A stretch of 63,967 nt of DNA, counting the filler, from Circinaria calcarea (lineage: Eukaryota), in NCBI GenBank assembly GCA_051942165.1. It is 3 parts of 3 records of this genome, joined end to end, with 100 filler letters (N's around TTAATTAATTAA, not from the genome) between each part and the next. Parts side by side here need not be neighbours in the genome. Positions count along the whole stretch, not along the records: positions 23,472 to 46,811 come from JAVECS010000121.1; positions 46,912 to 63,967 come from JAVECS010000286.1; 1 more part is not named here. One strand, 5' to 3'. This document shows positions 45,214 to 55,678 of this stretch, in pieces. A program made the position numbers and the translations under genes. Each line of letters opens with the position of its first letter. The stretch's first letter is position 1. The notes beneath the pieces were generated by a model. That model was given only the letters and a program-made list of their open reading frames with translations, did not search any database and had not been told where the DNA came from.

Positions 45214-45226
45214 GCAACGAAGTTGC
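45214..45226. promoter_or_regulatory. GCAAC-N3-GTTGC palindrome
   Basis: GCAACGAAGTTGC, 10 nt upstream of the PolB ATG, in a divergent intergenic region. Confidence 0.65.
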
Positions 45227-45235
45227 AAAGGATAC

Positions 45236-46811
45236 ATGATGGAGGTGTCCTACAGCGATTTAAAGAGATTCGTGCGTAACGGCGAGAAAATTAGATGGTG
45301 TGGCACTCCCCTTGGATCCAGAGTTACAGTACAACTTGTGAACGACGGTGATCGAAGAAGATTCATATCTGTAGATGTAGACAGAATATACAGCAGCATC
45401 AAGTGCATCAAAGTGATTAGAAACGGCGAAGCTTCGAATCCACTAGACAACGTCGGATACGCACCTCATAACAGAGATCTGTTTGCTACTATGAGACGTG
45501 CTTCCACTCTGGGGATTAATATTTCTGGGGATAGTGAACCAGGTGCCGTGAAAAGGTATAATGCGATACAGGGCTGCACTTGCGGATATGATATCGAAGT
45601 AGACCTCAGAAACGAAGAGAGGGGTGCTTTCCCGTTGCCCACCGTACCAATATTATCAGTAGCGCTATGGTGTACCTGCGGATTCAAGAAGTTTATTTCT
45701 ATCCTTAGTGTTGTTGATGATTGCTCTCTTACAGTAACGACACAAGAAGAGCTAGTACAGACTACATTGACACTAATATCTGATCATCAGCCTCTCTGGT
45801 TGGTAGGATGGAACTGCTACGGATTTGACAATACTTTTCTAAACTACTGCGCCCCAGACTCTTGCAAAAGACTCTTCCACAAAGTAAAGATAGGTACTGC
45901 CGCTCATGCAGACTACGGCTACATAATAGATATACCTGGAGTGTACAACGTAGATCCTTTGGGGTATATGCAACGAAGTCCATCGTACTCAAGTAAATTT
46001 GAAGATCTCACGCTTCAAGGTGTCGCAGCAGCGCTCAATTCAAGACAGAAAACAGAAATGCCGGATCTGTACTGTGAGCTATCTCCCTCAGAAGTGCTAG
46101 AGTACAACATGAACGACTCTGCTATTGCCGCGGAGCTGTGGATCAAGACCACCTTGATAACGGAGATTCCGAGTGTTGCACTAGCGAGCTGCACTCCAGT
46201 TTATGACTGTATACGCCATATGACTAGTGTTGAAGCGCGATGCCCCTATACCTCTGTAGCTATTAGCATAGGAGCAAAAATTGATTGGTCTAGACCAAGC
46301 CCAATATCAGTGTACGAGGGCGGAAAAGTGTTCACGCCTGTCAGAGGCATGCATTCGGACGTCGTAGTATGTGATTTCTCTTCGATGTACCCTACAGTCA
46401 TGATAGATGCCAACATATCACCAGAGTCGATTATAGTAGAGCCTCTCAGCTCCAATAATCTCGATAATGTCTGGTACGATGACGAATCTGTTTGGGTAAA
46501 ATTAGAAGACTGCACAGCCAGATTTCCGCTGTTAAAACCGTGTCTGCTCCGTAACATTCTTATTGATATGATTCAGATTCGTAGTATCAACAGGAAGACC
46601 AATCCAGAATATGCAGGAGCTATTAAGATCACCTCCAATTCTATATATGGTGCTACTGGCTACCCGGAGTCTCCCATGTACAGTCCACGGTGCTCTAGTG
46701 CAGTGACTGCAATTGGTAGATGGCTTTTGGAAAAAGCACGCGAAGTGTTTACCAGACATGGATTAAGAGTTATCTATGGAGACACTGACTCGTGCCTGTG
46801 CGCTTCTACAA
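45236..46811 (+). CDS. polB: Family B DNA polymerase, N-terminal part (720 aa when joined to 23613-24199)
   Basis: Exo I YDIE, Exo II VGWNCYGFD, Exo III YNMND; YEGGKV, DFSSMYP, KITSNSIYG and YGDTDS. Confidence 0.95.
46671..46811 (+). repeat. Terminal direct repeat, right copy (141 bp)
   Basis: Identical to 23472-23612. Confidence 0.98.
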
Positions 46812-46911
46812 NNNNNNNNNNNNNNNNNNNNNNNNNNNNNNNNNNNNNNNNNNNNTTAATTAATTAANNNNNNNNNNNNNNNNNNNNNNNNNNNNNNNNN
46901 NNNNNNNNNNN
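46812..46911. other. Artificial contig spacer
   Basis: Same 100-nt N/TTAATTAATTAA/N linker as at 23372. Confidence 0.98.
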
Positions 46912-47399
46912 GTGGTGGGGATGGTGGTGGTGTTGGTGGTGGCTGGAGTGTATAAGCCAGCTGTTCATCATATATACGATGCTTGGTAGTAGTAGTGATG
47001 GTGTTGCGGGTGTGGAAGGAGCTTACAGTTGTTGTCCGTCATCTTTGGGAATGGCGGCGGACGATGGTGTTGTGGTGGTGATTGCCTATGTGAATGGTGC
47101 GTGACAGAATGCTTGGTGATCTATCGTGAATGTATGCGGATGGATGTGAAGGCCAAAGCGAAGTTGGTATGTGAAGCTCTATGTCAAAAGGGATGCCACG
47201 GTCACGTGAGAAGATAGGGTTGAAGCAATCACGTGGTGAGGGTGAAGAAAATAAATCCAAGAGGTGCAGGAATTCTGGTGGTTAAGTAGATGCTAACCTA
47301 CAGCAGGGTAAGTTCAGTGTGAAATCTTGAATAATATTATTTACTGCTTCAAGACGGTGCTAGCGAGGGTGTACCCCGGACAGCGTCCAAAAGGGAAAT

Positions 47400-48760
47400 T
47401 TATAGACGTCGCCGACGTCTTCTCCAGTCCATCTTCGCTATCTGTGGAGCTCCGTCCATGGTTGCCCTTGGGAAGTTCATGCCTTGACTAAAATGAAGGA
47501 AATCATACTGTACAGGCAATCTTCGTCTAAGAAGGCCGTTTGGAGACGAGGGAGGAGGTGGAGGAGGTGGTGGAGCAGCTCTCGAGCGCTTCGGCTTAAC
47601 GAGTAGGAGGATGAACATGCCGATGACGAGTAACAGGAGTAAAAGGAGGATCTTTCGTTTCGTGGATTTTCGCTGGTAGCCAGTAGCCTAATTGCAACTA
47701 TGTTAGTTCTTTTATTCTGCTCACTTTCTTCTTGGATACAGACTTACTACTACAAGCTCTTTATCCGCCGCTTTGACATCGACAGCCATGTTTTCAACAT
47801 TATAGTCTATTCTGTCCAGCATTGTACCTTGGTCTATGACCATGCTTTGTAACTCCTGGAAGATATCTGCAAGCTCTATAATTCCTTTGGCGATATCGTT
47901 GATTTCTCGCTCTCGTTGCCTGATAACAGTGTCATTGCTGCTTAGATGCTTCTGAGCCGATTGCCGAAGCGTGGATTGAGAAAATGATTTGTCAGTCTCA
48001 GATTCCATTATGGATGGGTCGGTGTAGGGGTTCTGGACAGGTGTGAAGGACCGATCGAGTGGCGATGCAATTCCACCAAGGGTTCGCAGTTCTGCATGAT
48101 CAATCAATTCCCGATTGTTCGCTTTGCCACCAGGACCGGAGAATCTCACTCTTGAGATAGTTACTCTGCTTCTTCCTGAAGCTAGCACTGACTTCCTGAA
48201 CCCTGCTCGCCAAGGCGACCTGTATGTTTCTGGCCATGGTTTCGTCTCCTTTACTCACTCCACCTTGTTGCTTCGCGTCCCTGACCATCATCTCAATCCT
48301 TTGAATCGCTTTTTGACAGTTGTGAAAGCCTCTTGTGATCTCCTGCGTCAAGCGCTCAATGACTGCTTCCTCCTCCCTCTTTACTTCCTCATCGTCGAAG
48401 CCGGGGAGAACATGCTTCTGGTGAAGCTTCTCCAGTTGCGCTGACTTTTTGACTATTGTTGCCAGGAGTTCTGTCACCTCGTCCTGTACATCGACCCACC
48501 GTGGCGGTAGGACGTCCATCTCGATGATCGCATCGCCGTCATCGTCGAAAGCGCCTGCAGACATAAGTCCGCGTCGTTCTTCGGAGTCGGAGGCATGATT
48601 GGAGAAGCCATTTGCCGAGGGTCCAATATGTCGAGACTTCTTAGTAGGATGATGGGCATATGACTGGCGGTAGGATATATAGCTATCACAATGAAATGTC
48701 AGGCAACAGACATGTGGCCAGGCAGAGCAGGGCCTACAGATTGGTTCTATCCCTCCACAT
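47400..48760 (-). CDS. TLG2: t-SNARE Tlg2 / syntaxin-16
   Basis: First exon MWRDRTNL, then YISYRQS…LPPRWVD…HVLPGFDD, SNARE motif REREINDIAKGIIELADIFQELQSMVIDQGTMLDRIDYNVE and a C-terminal TM helix. Confidence 0.93.
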
Positions 48761-49192
48761 TGCACAGAATCGCCTCTGAGCGGGCGCAGTCCCTCTTACA
48801 GCCGTCGATCAGCTACCTCGGAGCACGCATACAGCAGGGCGGAGAGATCATTGTTGTGGAGTTGACATTGGATGAGCATCACCGTGCCTGTGAGCTGCTG
48901 GATGTGTCCAAACCTACGGAAGCTGCCTTACCATACAGTCCACGGGTCTCGGGCCGCCGGTAGAACTAAGGTTCGGCCGGACCGGACTCAGCCGATAGAC
49001 TACATCAGCCGGCTAGTCTGGCTGCTAACAACGACTGCCTGGGGCTTTCTTGGTGCGGCACCAGGGCTGAATGAATCAACATCGCTACGGGCATTTGCAG
49101 AACACTTCATAGTCTGCATCTTTTACATCTTACATCTTTGCAGCGCACGCAACTTGAGCACTCTAGCTACGTGTCGCACCACCTAAATCAAC

Positions 49193-50203
49193 ATGGTTCG
49201 TTTCGTCCAACATGCGTGCCCTTGAACCCCGCGTTTGGATGCGTCGGTATTGGGCTGGATGCGGGGAGATAACAACTGACTTTCCCTCACCTAGGACTCG
49301 TCCCATTCTCTTACCGAAGAACAAGTATCAGACTTTAAGGAAGCCTTCTCGCTGTTTGTAAGTGCTTTGATCTATAGCTAGACCGACAACCAGTCACATA
49401 GTTCTGGGGCTGACACTCTGGGAACATTTAGGACAAAGATGGCGACGGTCAGTTACCTCATGACAACCCAACCTTTCCAATTTACGTTTTGTCAACTACC
49501 TTCAATGTATTTCTGAGCAGTCTTTTACCCCGGCTTCGTTCGTTGATAATCCGACAAGTTACCCGCACGGAAGGCTACCTACCGCTACTACAATCCATGA
49601 TACAGAACGAAGCGGGATATAAAATAAATACTAACGCGCTGGTTTCTCATATAGGTCAAATCACGACGAGGGAATTGGGAACTGTCATGAGATCTTTGGG
49701 CCAGAATCCTAGCGAATCCGAGCTCCAGGACATGATAAATGAGGTGGATGCAGACAACAATGGGACCATCGATTTTCCTGGTATAGCCTAACCGTCATAT
49801 AGCGTCGGCCGGAGGCATTTCTTACTGATTCGGTGATGTCAGAGTTCCTGACCATGATGGCACGTAAGATGAAAGATACCGATTCCGAAGACGAAATAAG
49901 GGTATACTTCGAAATGCGCTGTTGAAAACCACCCCCAAAGAGACTAACGGAGCTCCTAGGAAGCATTCAAAGTGTTCGACCGCGATAACAACGGATTCAT
50001 CTCGGCGGCAGAACTTCGCCACGTCATGACATCGATTGGGGAGAAGCTAACTGATGATGAGGTTGATGAGATGATCCGCGAAGCAGATCAGGATGGTGAT
50101 GGAAGAATCGACTGTATTAATCACCATTCAATATTCACTTAGCTAATCAATGCTAACTATGTTAACAGACAATGAGTTCGTTCAGCTGATGCTACAGAAA
50201 TGA
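49193..50203 (+). CDS. cmdA: Calmodulin (multi-exon)
   Basis: Exons give [16 protein letters not shown] / DKDGDG / [41 protein letters not shown] / [17 protein letters not shown] / [49 protein letters not shown] / [10 protein letters not shown]. Confidence 0.97.
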
Positions 50204-50542
50204 TTGCTGGCTATAGTATTCCTTTTTGTACCTGAACATGCTTGTGTATTCTTTGAGGCTTGGCATGCCGCTAGCTAGGCAGTTCCTCCGGCAGATAGCC
50301 TTTATCAGGGCGAGCGTGTGGAGCGTTATGAGACTGAACTAGATTATCCGTCGGTCACTTGGTACCCTTCCAATGGCTGATCCGTTTTATTTCCGATACA
50401 TTCCTAACCTTACAAATTCACACGCTTAATCGAAAAATTGGATACACACCCGTTATCCTATTTGTTCACGTGGTTGAGGCAATCGAGCCTTTCCAAAATG
50501 ATGATTGCAAATACTCCAGTATATACCACCTTGCTAATTCGA

Positions 50543-51327
50543 CTACCGAAGTCTCAACACCTCACACCATTGCCTTACGTTGCTGAAACCTTCTTCGATT
50601 CCTGCTACCTTGATAAATTCCCTTGCGCCTGGGATATCTAACCCCTTCCAAAAGCCTCGTATGACACCCTCAGCCGTTTCCCAATCACCTTGGTTTCCGT
50701 CCATCCATTCTATTTCTACGATGATGCCTCGCCCCTGTGGCGCACCTCCATGCGCTTGTTTCACTTCCCCCAGTCGAATCCGGAAATCCCCAGCTTCGAA
50801 AGCTTGCCCATTGCTGATCTGTACATTGTGCCGCTGTGTCCACAAAGGGCCAAATCTAGACATCATCAACTGCACAAACTCCTCACTCTGAATGCCTGAA
50901 GGTATAGCAACTACTGTGGCCGAGTCTCCACTACTTTCACCGCCGCTACTAGATGTAGCTGGCGTACCAGCCTGAATTTGAGAGAAAGCATATGTGGTAG
51001 TAATGGCGACATAGCTGCGGTTCGGTTGGTAAGAAAGATTCAGAACCTGTAGATAACGGAGTCTTTGCGGTTTTGCGCCATCGTCACCTGAAGATGCCTC
51101 GAACGAAGTAGCTTTTGCCGTCTCACGAAATAGGCGGTGTTCCAGAGTCCAGCGAGGAAGGGGATTAAGATTGTAGCGAGCAGTCAAGCGTTCCAATATT
51201 ATCTGAGAAGGCGAGGGATCTGCGGAGGCTGTAGCACTTGTCGGAAAGGAAAAGAGACTTATAGGCATTAACTATTAGAGATCCTTCAACAAACACCCCA
51301 TCCCCATGCATACCCGGTAGCTGGCAT
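50543..51327 (-). CDS. Mediator subunit Med20/Srb2-like
   Basis: Short first exon MPATG plus intron. Motifs WTLEHRLFR, FGPLWTQR, GDFRIRLGEV and GIIVEIEW resemble fungal Med20. Confidence 0.6.
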
Positions 51328-51946
51328 ATTTAAGGACCCCCCTTACTCTTCGAGCCCTTTTAACTTGATAATCGGATAAAGCGCAACATAGATGAGATGA
51401 CATGAAGCTCCAAGCAGGGGCATGTGACGGAATGAAGCAGAAAACCGAATATAAGGCACGTGGGATTACCTTTCCCGCCCGCAGACAAGGGTTAAATGCA
51501 GAGATTGCGGGACCAGTTGCATAAATAATCAAACTCCGGGGGTTTCTCGCGCTAATCGCGCTAATTAAGCTTCGAGTCAAATCAACAACAATGTGCCGGC
51601 TCTATTGACACTCGGTAGCGACAACGACAGCCCAAGGGAGCGACGATACTAACCACATACCTTCGGCATCGATAGCTGGGAGTATAGGTTATGGTAAGGG
51701 AAAGAGGAGGATTCCATCTGTTATGCTTAGCCGCATGAGAAGCCGGCAGATCACAGCACAAGAAATCAACATTAGCCTGGAAGTAGTTGGGGAATCACGT
51801 ATCGGAACCAACAGATGGGCAGAACCGTTCACGTTACGGTTGCGACTTAATTCTTCATATGGCTCAAAGATACTTCAACAGGCATTACGTTCACGATCAG
51901 AGTAGCCTCCAAGCCAGGTAGCACCATCGGCTGAGTCCCCACTACG

Positions 51947-53901
51947 ATGCCATTAGACGAAGACTCTCCTTCATCGCCACTCAGCGCTTCTGCATCCAAA
52001 GAAGAAGCGTTGGCCTACTACAAATCACAGTATGAGCAACTGGAGGCGGAGTTGGCCGAATTCCAGGCTTCCAGCCGGGAACTAGAATCGGAACTTGAGA
52101 AGGATGTAGAAGCGGCGGAAAAGCGGGAGAGGAGCTTACTAGAAAAGGTTGAGGGATTAGGGTTCGAGGTGGATGAGTGGAAGGTGCGTTATGGAATCTA
52201 ACTTACATATATTTCATCGAACACTCTGCTTGATATTTATTGCTGCTATATCACTGACTAGTCTCGATGATTCAGTCCAAATGCAAACAGTCCAAAGCAG
52301 AAGCGAACACGGTTCAGAATACGCTACAGAAAGAAATCACGTCACTCCGGGATACAAACAGGACTATACAGCTGAAGCTTCGAGATATCGAGGTCGCGAA
52401 TGACGATTTCGAAAGACAGGCCCGGAATACCACATCCTCGTTGGAAGATCTAGAGTCAAAGTACAATGTCGCTATAGAACGAGGGGTTATGCTTGAAGAG
52501 GAGATTAGAGCCGGGGAGCAAGAGCGAGAGGCCTTAAGAATCGAAACACAGAGACTGCGAGATGAGCTATCAGACCTCAGAATTGAAGCCGAGATCATGC
52601 AGGATAAACTACGGCGCTCAGAGACAACAACAGAGCGAAAGCATATGCGCAAGGTGACCCCGGTTAGCCATGAAGTCCCTAGACCCCACTCTTCAATATC
52701 CGAGCGCACGCCAGAAACCACAGCATCATCACCGACTATCCCCACTCCGCCTGCCAAATCCGCCTCATCAGCTGCCTCTGACACTCCAACGCCTCCTTCT
52801 CCACCCGTTTCGGAGAAATCACTGCAGACCTTAGCAAGTGCAGCTGCTCAACCATTCCCCAAATCTCGTTTATCGATCAATAACTCGAATGCGACCCCTC
52901 GACCCACACGTATATCGTCTCGTGCACCTCGACATTCTCGCGGTCCCTCAGTACCCGCAACACCAGCCCTATCCACTCCATTAGCCCATCGCCGTACGAC
53001 CTTCAATCGCCCTGAAAGCCGTCAATCTCACCAGGCAACCCCTAGCCTTGCTCCGTCGGCGTCGCTTACACAAATTCGAGGACTCATTGGGAAGATGCAA
53101 AAACTCGAGCAGCGTGTTCATTCCGTTCGCTCCAAACTGCCAGCTCCCACTGCTACTCCTCCACGAGCCTCTCCCCGGCCGGGTTCAGCAATGAGCCACA
53201 ATAACATTCCAGGGTCTATCACACTAAGAGGCCAACGGAAGCGGACGGGCGGAAGTATAGCCAGCGGTGCATCTTCGGTTCTCTCAACCAATGAAAGTGC
53301 TCTGAACCTCGCACCCTCAAATGCTCGACGGGTCAGTCGCTTATCCTACGGCGGATTACCTCCATCACCTACAAGGGATACGACAAATCCGGACGTAGGC
53401 AGCAGGCCGGCTTCGAGAGCCAGTATGGCTTCGCGCAACTCAAATCATCATGCTCATAGTACGACCACATCACAAATGCACAGTAGCAGGCCGAGTAGCC
53501 GACAGTCTATCTCCAACGCCAGGACTGCCACAGGTCACTACTCTGCCAGTACGACGGTCTCCGAGGCAAGAGCGAGGCCAAGATCGAGTATGGGAGGAAG
53601 TTATGCCTCATCTTACGGGCATAATCGATCAGCGACCGTCAGTCGTTCGAGCAACTACGACATCGACGAAGGCCTAGACGATGCAGAGGTCTTGACCCCA
53701 ACCCCTAGTCGACGGACTACAGTAGGAAAGGAATTTTCTAGTATACCAACACCGGGAGCTTCGAACAAGAGGCAGAACGGGACTGGCATAGGAGCATCTG
53801 GACGAAGGGCAAGTTCCGGGGTGGTGTTGGGGGATATGGGCCCGCCCTTGGAGCGGAAAGGCGGTGCGAAGAAGTTAAGCGGAGTTGGAGAAACGTACTG
53901 A
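51947..53901 (+). CDS. nudE: Nuclear distribution protein NudE
   Basis: [30 protein letters not shown] and [16 protein letters not shown]…[15 protein letters not shown]; one intron at about 52184-52276. Confidence 0.93.
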
Positions 53902-54769
53902 GTTCAATGAAACAGTGTTCTACTGGTTCTGGGATTGGTTGGGAAAGGAAGAGTCGGGTACTCTGTCAAATCATCCATCGTCTGCGGCGTCAGGATGCAT
54001 GAGATGTGACTAATGCCGGATGAGATTCATGAAGAGATGGGATCCCTGATTATGGCAGTTTTGTTACGATGGAGATGAGTTTATCTAATCAACTACAGAT
54101 TATTTAAATCCCTACTTCTCGTGTTCATTTTATTGGCAGCTTGAAGGCCGACGACACTTACCAGTCGCTTTCCATGGACAGATGTGAAGTATATAGATTG
54201 ACCTGTATTGCGATGCCGCCACTAGCTTTAGAAATTCTGACAGTTAATATGTCTTCTGGCTTTTCTATCCAGGAACAGCTGAATGTATATATGGGCTCCT
54301 TCATATTCTTATGATGTATATATGCTAATAGAAGAGGATGACTGTGAATTATAGTCGTCCTGTAGGAATTGTCACGTGCACTCACGTGAGTGCTTACGTA
54401 ATATGAGCTAGTCTATTTATGGTAGCATATAGGGATCTCGCGTAATAGTAAGCAACTTCAGCTTGGAATACTACAGTCCCGCCAATAAGTTCTTGCAAGT
54501 CAAAATACAAAATGAAACAGAGCTTCTCATGTGCCTCTTTATGATACACTACACATGCATGCCCAATTGCTCTATGTAACTTTCAAAGGTTCCTGCGATA
54601 GGCACACCACTACGAATAGTGATGTGGGATATTTACTACCTTCCATAACCTCACTCATATCATAAATTGAAAACTAGCTTTACATTCTTCTCAGCGATGA
54701 TAGCTTGTCGTTGTACCTATTAACCCAGCGCATCCAATCTTTTGTACGAACCTTCAAATATCGATAGAC

Positions 54770-55678
54770 ATGGCTCCTCATCCGCTTGTCCGCTACATCC
54801 TCCATACTTCTACCCAGTTCCCTCTACAGGTCTCTTCTACCGTCACTCGCAATACCACTGCAACCTGGTCTACTGGTTACCCACGCGTCACCCACGCACT
54901 TACTCTCCTTCCTGCCGAGGAACAAGAGTCTGTGCTTCGCTACCATCGCCCTTCAGACGCCGCCCTATCTCTTGGATCTTATATTCTCAAACATCTTGCC
55001 ATTACCCGGATTTGCGGCATACTCTGGTCAGCTTCTGTTTTGTCTCGGCATCCTGAGAATGGGAAGCCATGCTATGTTGCTCCCATGGAAGATGGTATGG
55101 CAGTGGAGTTTAACGTCAGCCATCATGGGGAGGTAGTTGTACTGGTGGCTTCCGAAGGAAACGAAAGACAGGTGGGAATTGATGTTGTCAAGGTCGAAAT
55201 GAAAGGGGTGGAGAGAGAAGGAGGATGGGAAAAGTGGGTAAAGGTCTTCGAGGATGTCTTTTCCAAAGGAGAGATCGAGATTCTGCTCGGGTATGAGCCG
55301 GTTGCACCGAAAGATGAAAAAACTAAAAGAATGAAAATGCGACTATTCTACTCATACTGGGCATTGAAAGAAGCGTATATAAAACTGACGGGAGAAGCTC
55401 TGTTGGCCAAGTGGCTGAAGGAGTTAGAGTTCAAGAGAGTAAGAGCGCCGAAGGAGGCCATCGACGGCGAATGGGGGGAAATTATTGAGGACGTTGAGAT
55501 TTGGTTGAGGAGTGAGAAGGTTGAGAGAGTGAAGATGGAATTGCAAGCTTTAGGGAGTGAGTATATGGTGGCTACGGCCGTCGGTTGGCAAGAAGGTGGA
55601 AGGAACAACTTCCCTAGCTTCGAGGAGATTGAGGTCGCAAGAGATGTCTTCCCGATTGCCTCGAAGTGGGAGTCTTGA
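54770..55678 (+). CDS. npgA: Sfp-type 4'-phosphopantetheinyl transferase (Lys5/NpgA family)
   Basis: Motifs GKP, FNVSHHG, VGIDVV and YWALKEAYIKLTGEAL. Confidence 0.9.
   Translation: MAPHPLVRYILHTSTQFPLQVSSTVTRNTTATWSTGYPRVTHALTLLPAEEQESVLRYHRPSDAALSLGSYILKHLAITRICGILWSASVLSRHPENGKPCYVAPMEDGMAVEFNVSHHGEVVVLVASEGNERQVGIDVVKVEMKGVEREGGWEKWVKVFEDVFSKGEIEILLGYEPVAPKDEKTKRMKMRLFYSYWALKEAYIKLTGEALLAKWLKELEFKRVRAPKEAIDGEWGEIIEDVEIWLRSEKVERVKMELQALGSEYMVATAVGWQEGGRNNFPSFEEIEVARDVFPIASKWES

Larger units (their letters stand above)
23472..46811. mobile_element. Circular-mapping 23,199-bp virus-like / plasmid-like DNA element with its own replication and transcription genes
   Basis: Identical 141-bp termini; about 17 tightly packed intron-free ORFs including PolB, two RNA polymerase subunits, capping enzyme, SF3 helicase, RNase H and a UDG-like protein. 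Confidence 0.9.

Noticed and set aside
23472..46811. Polinton/Maverick, Starship or mitochondrial linear plasmid
   Set aside because: There are no terminal inverted repeats and no recognisable integrase or tyrosine recombinase. The PolB is not of the protein-primed type, and the RNAP is multisubunit-type rather than T7-like.
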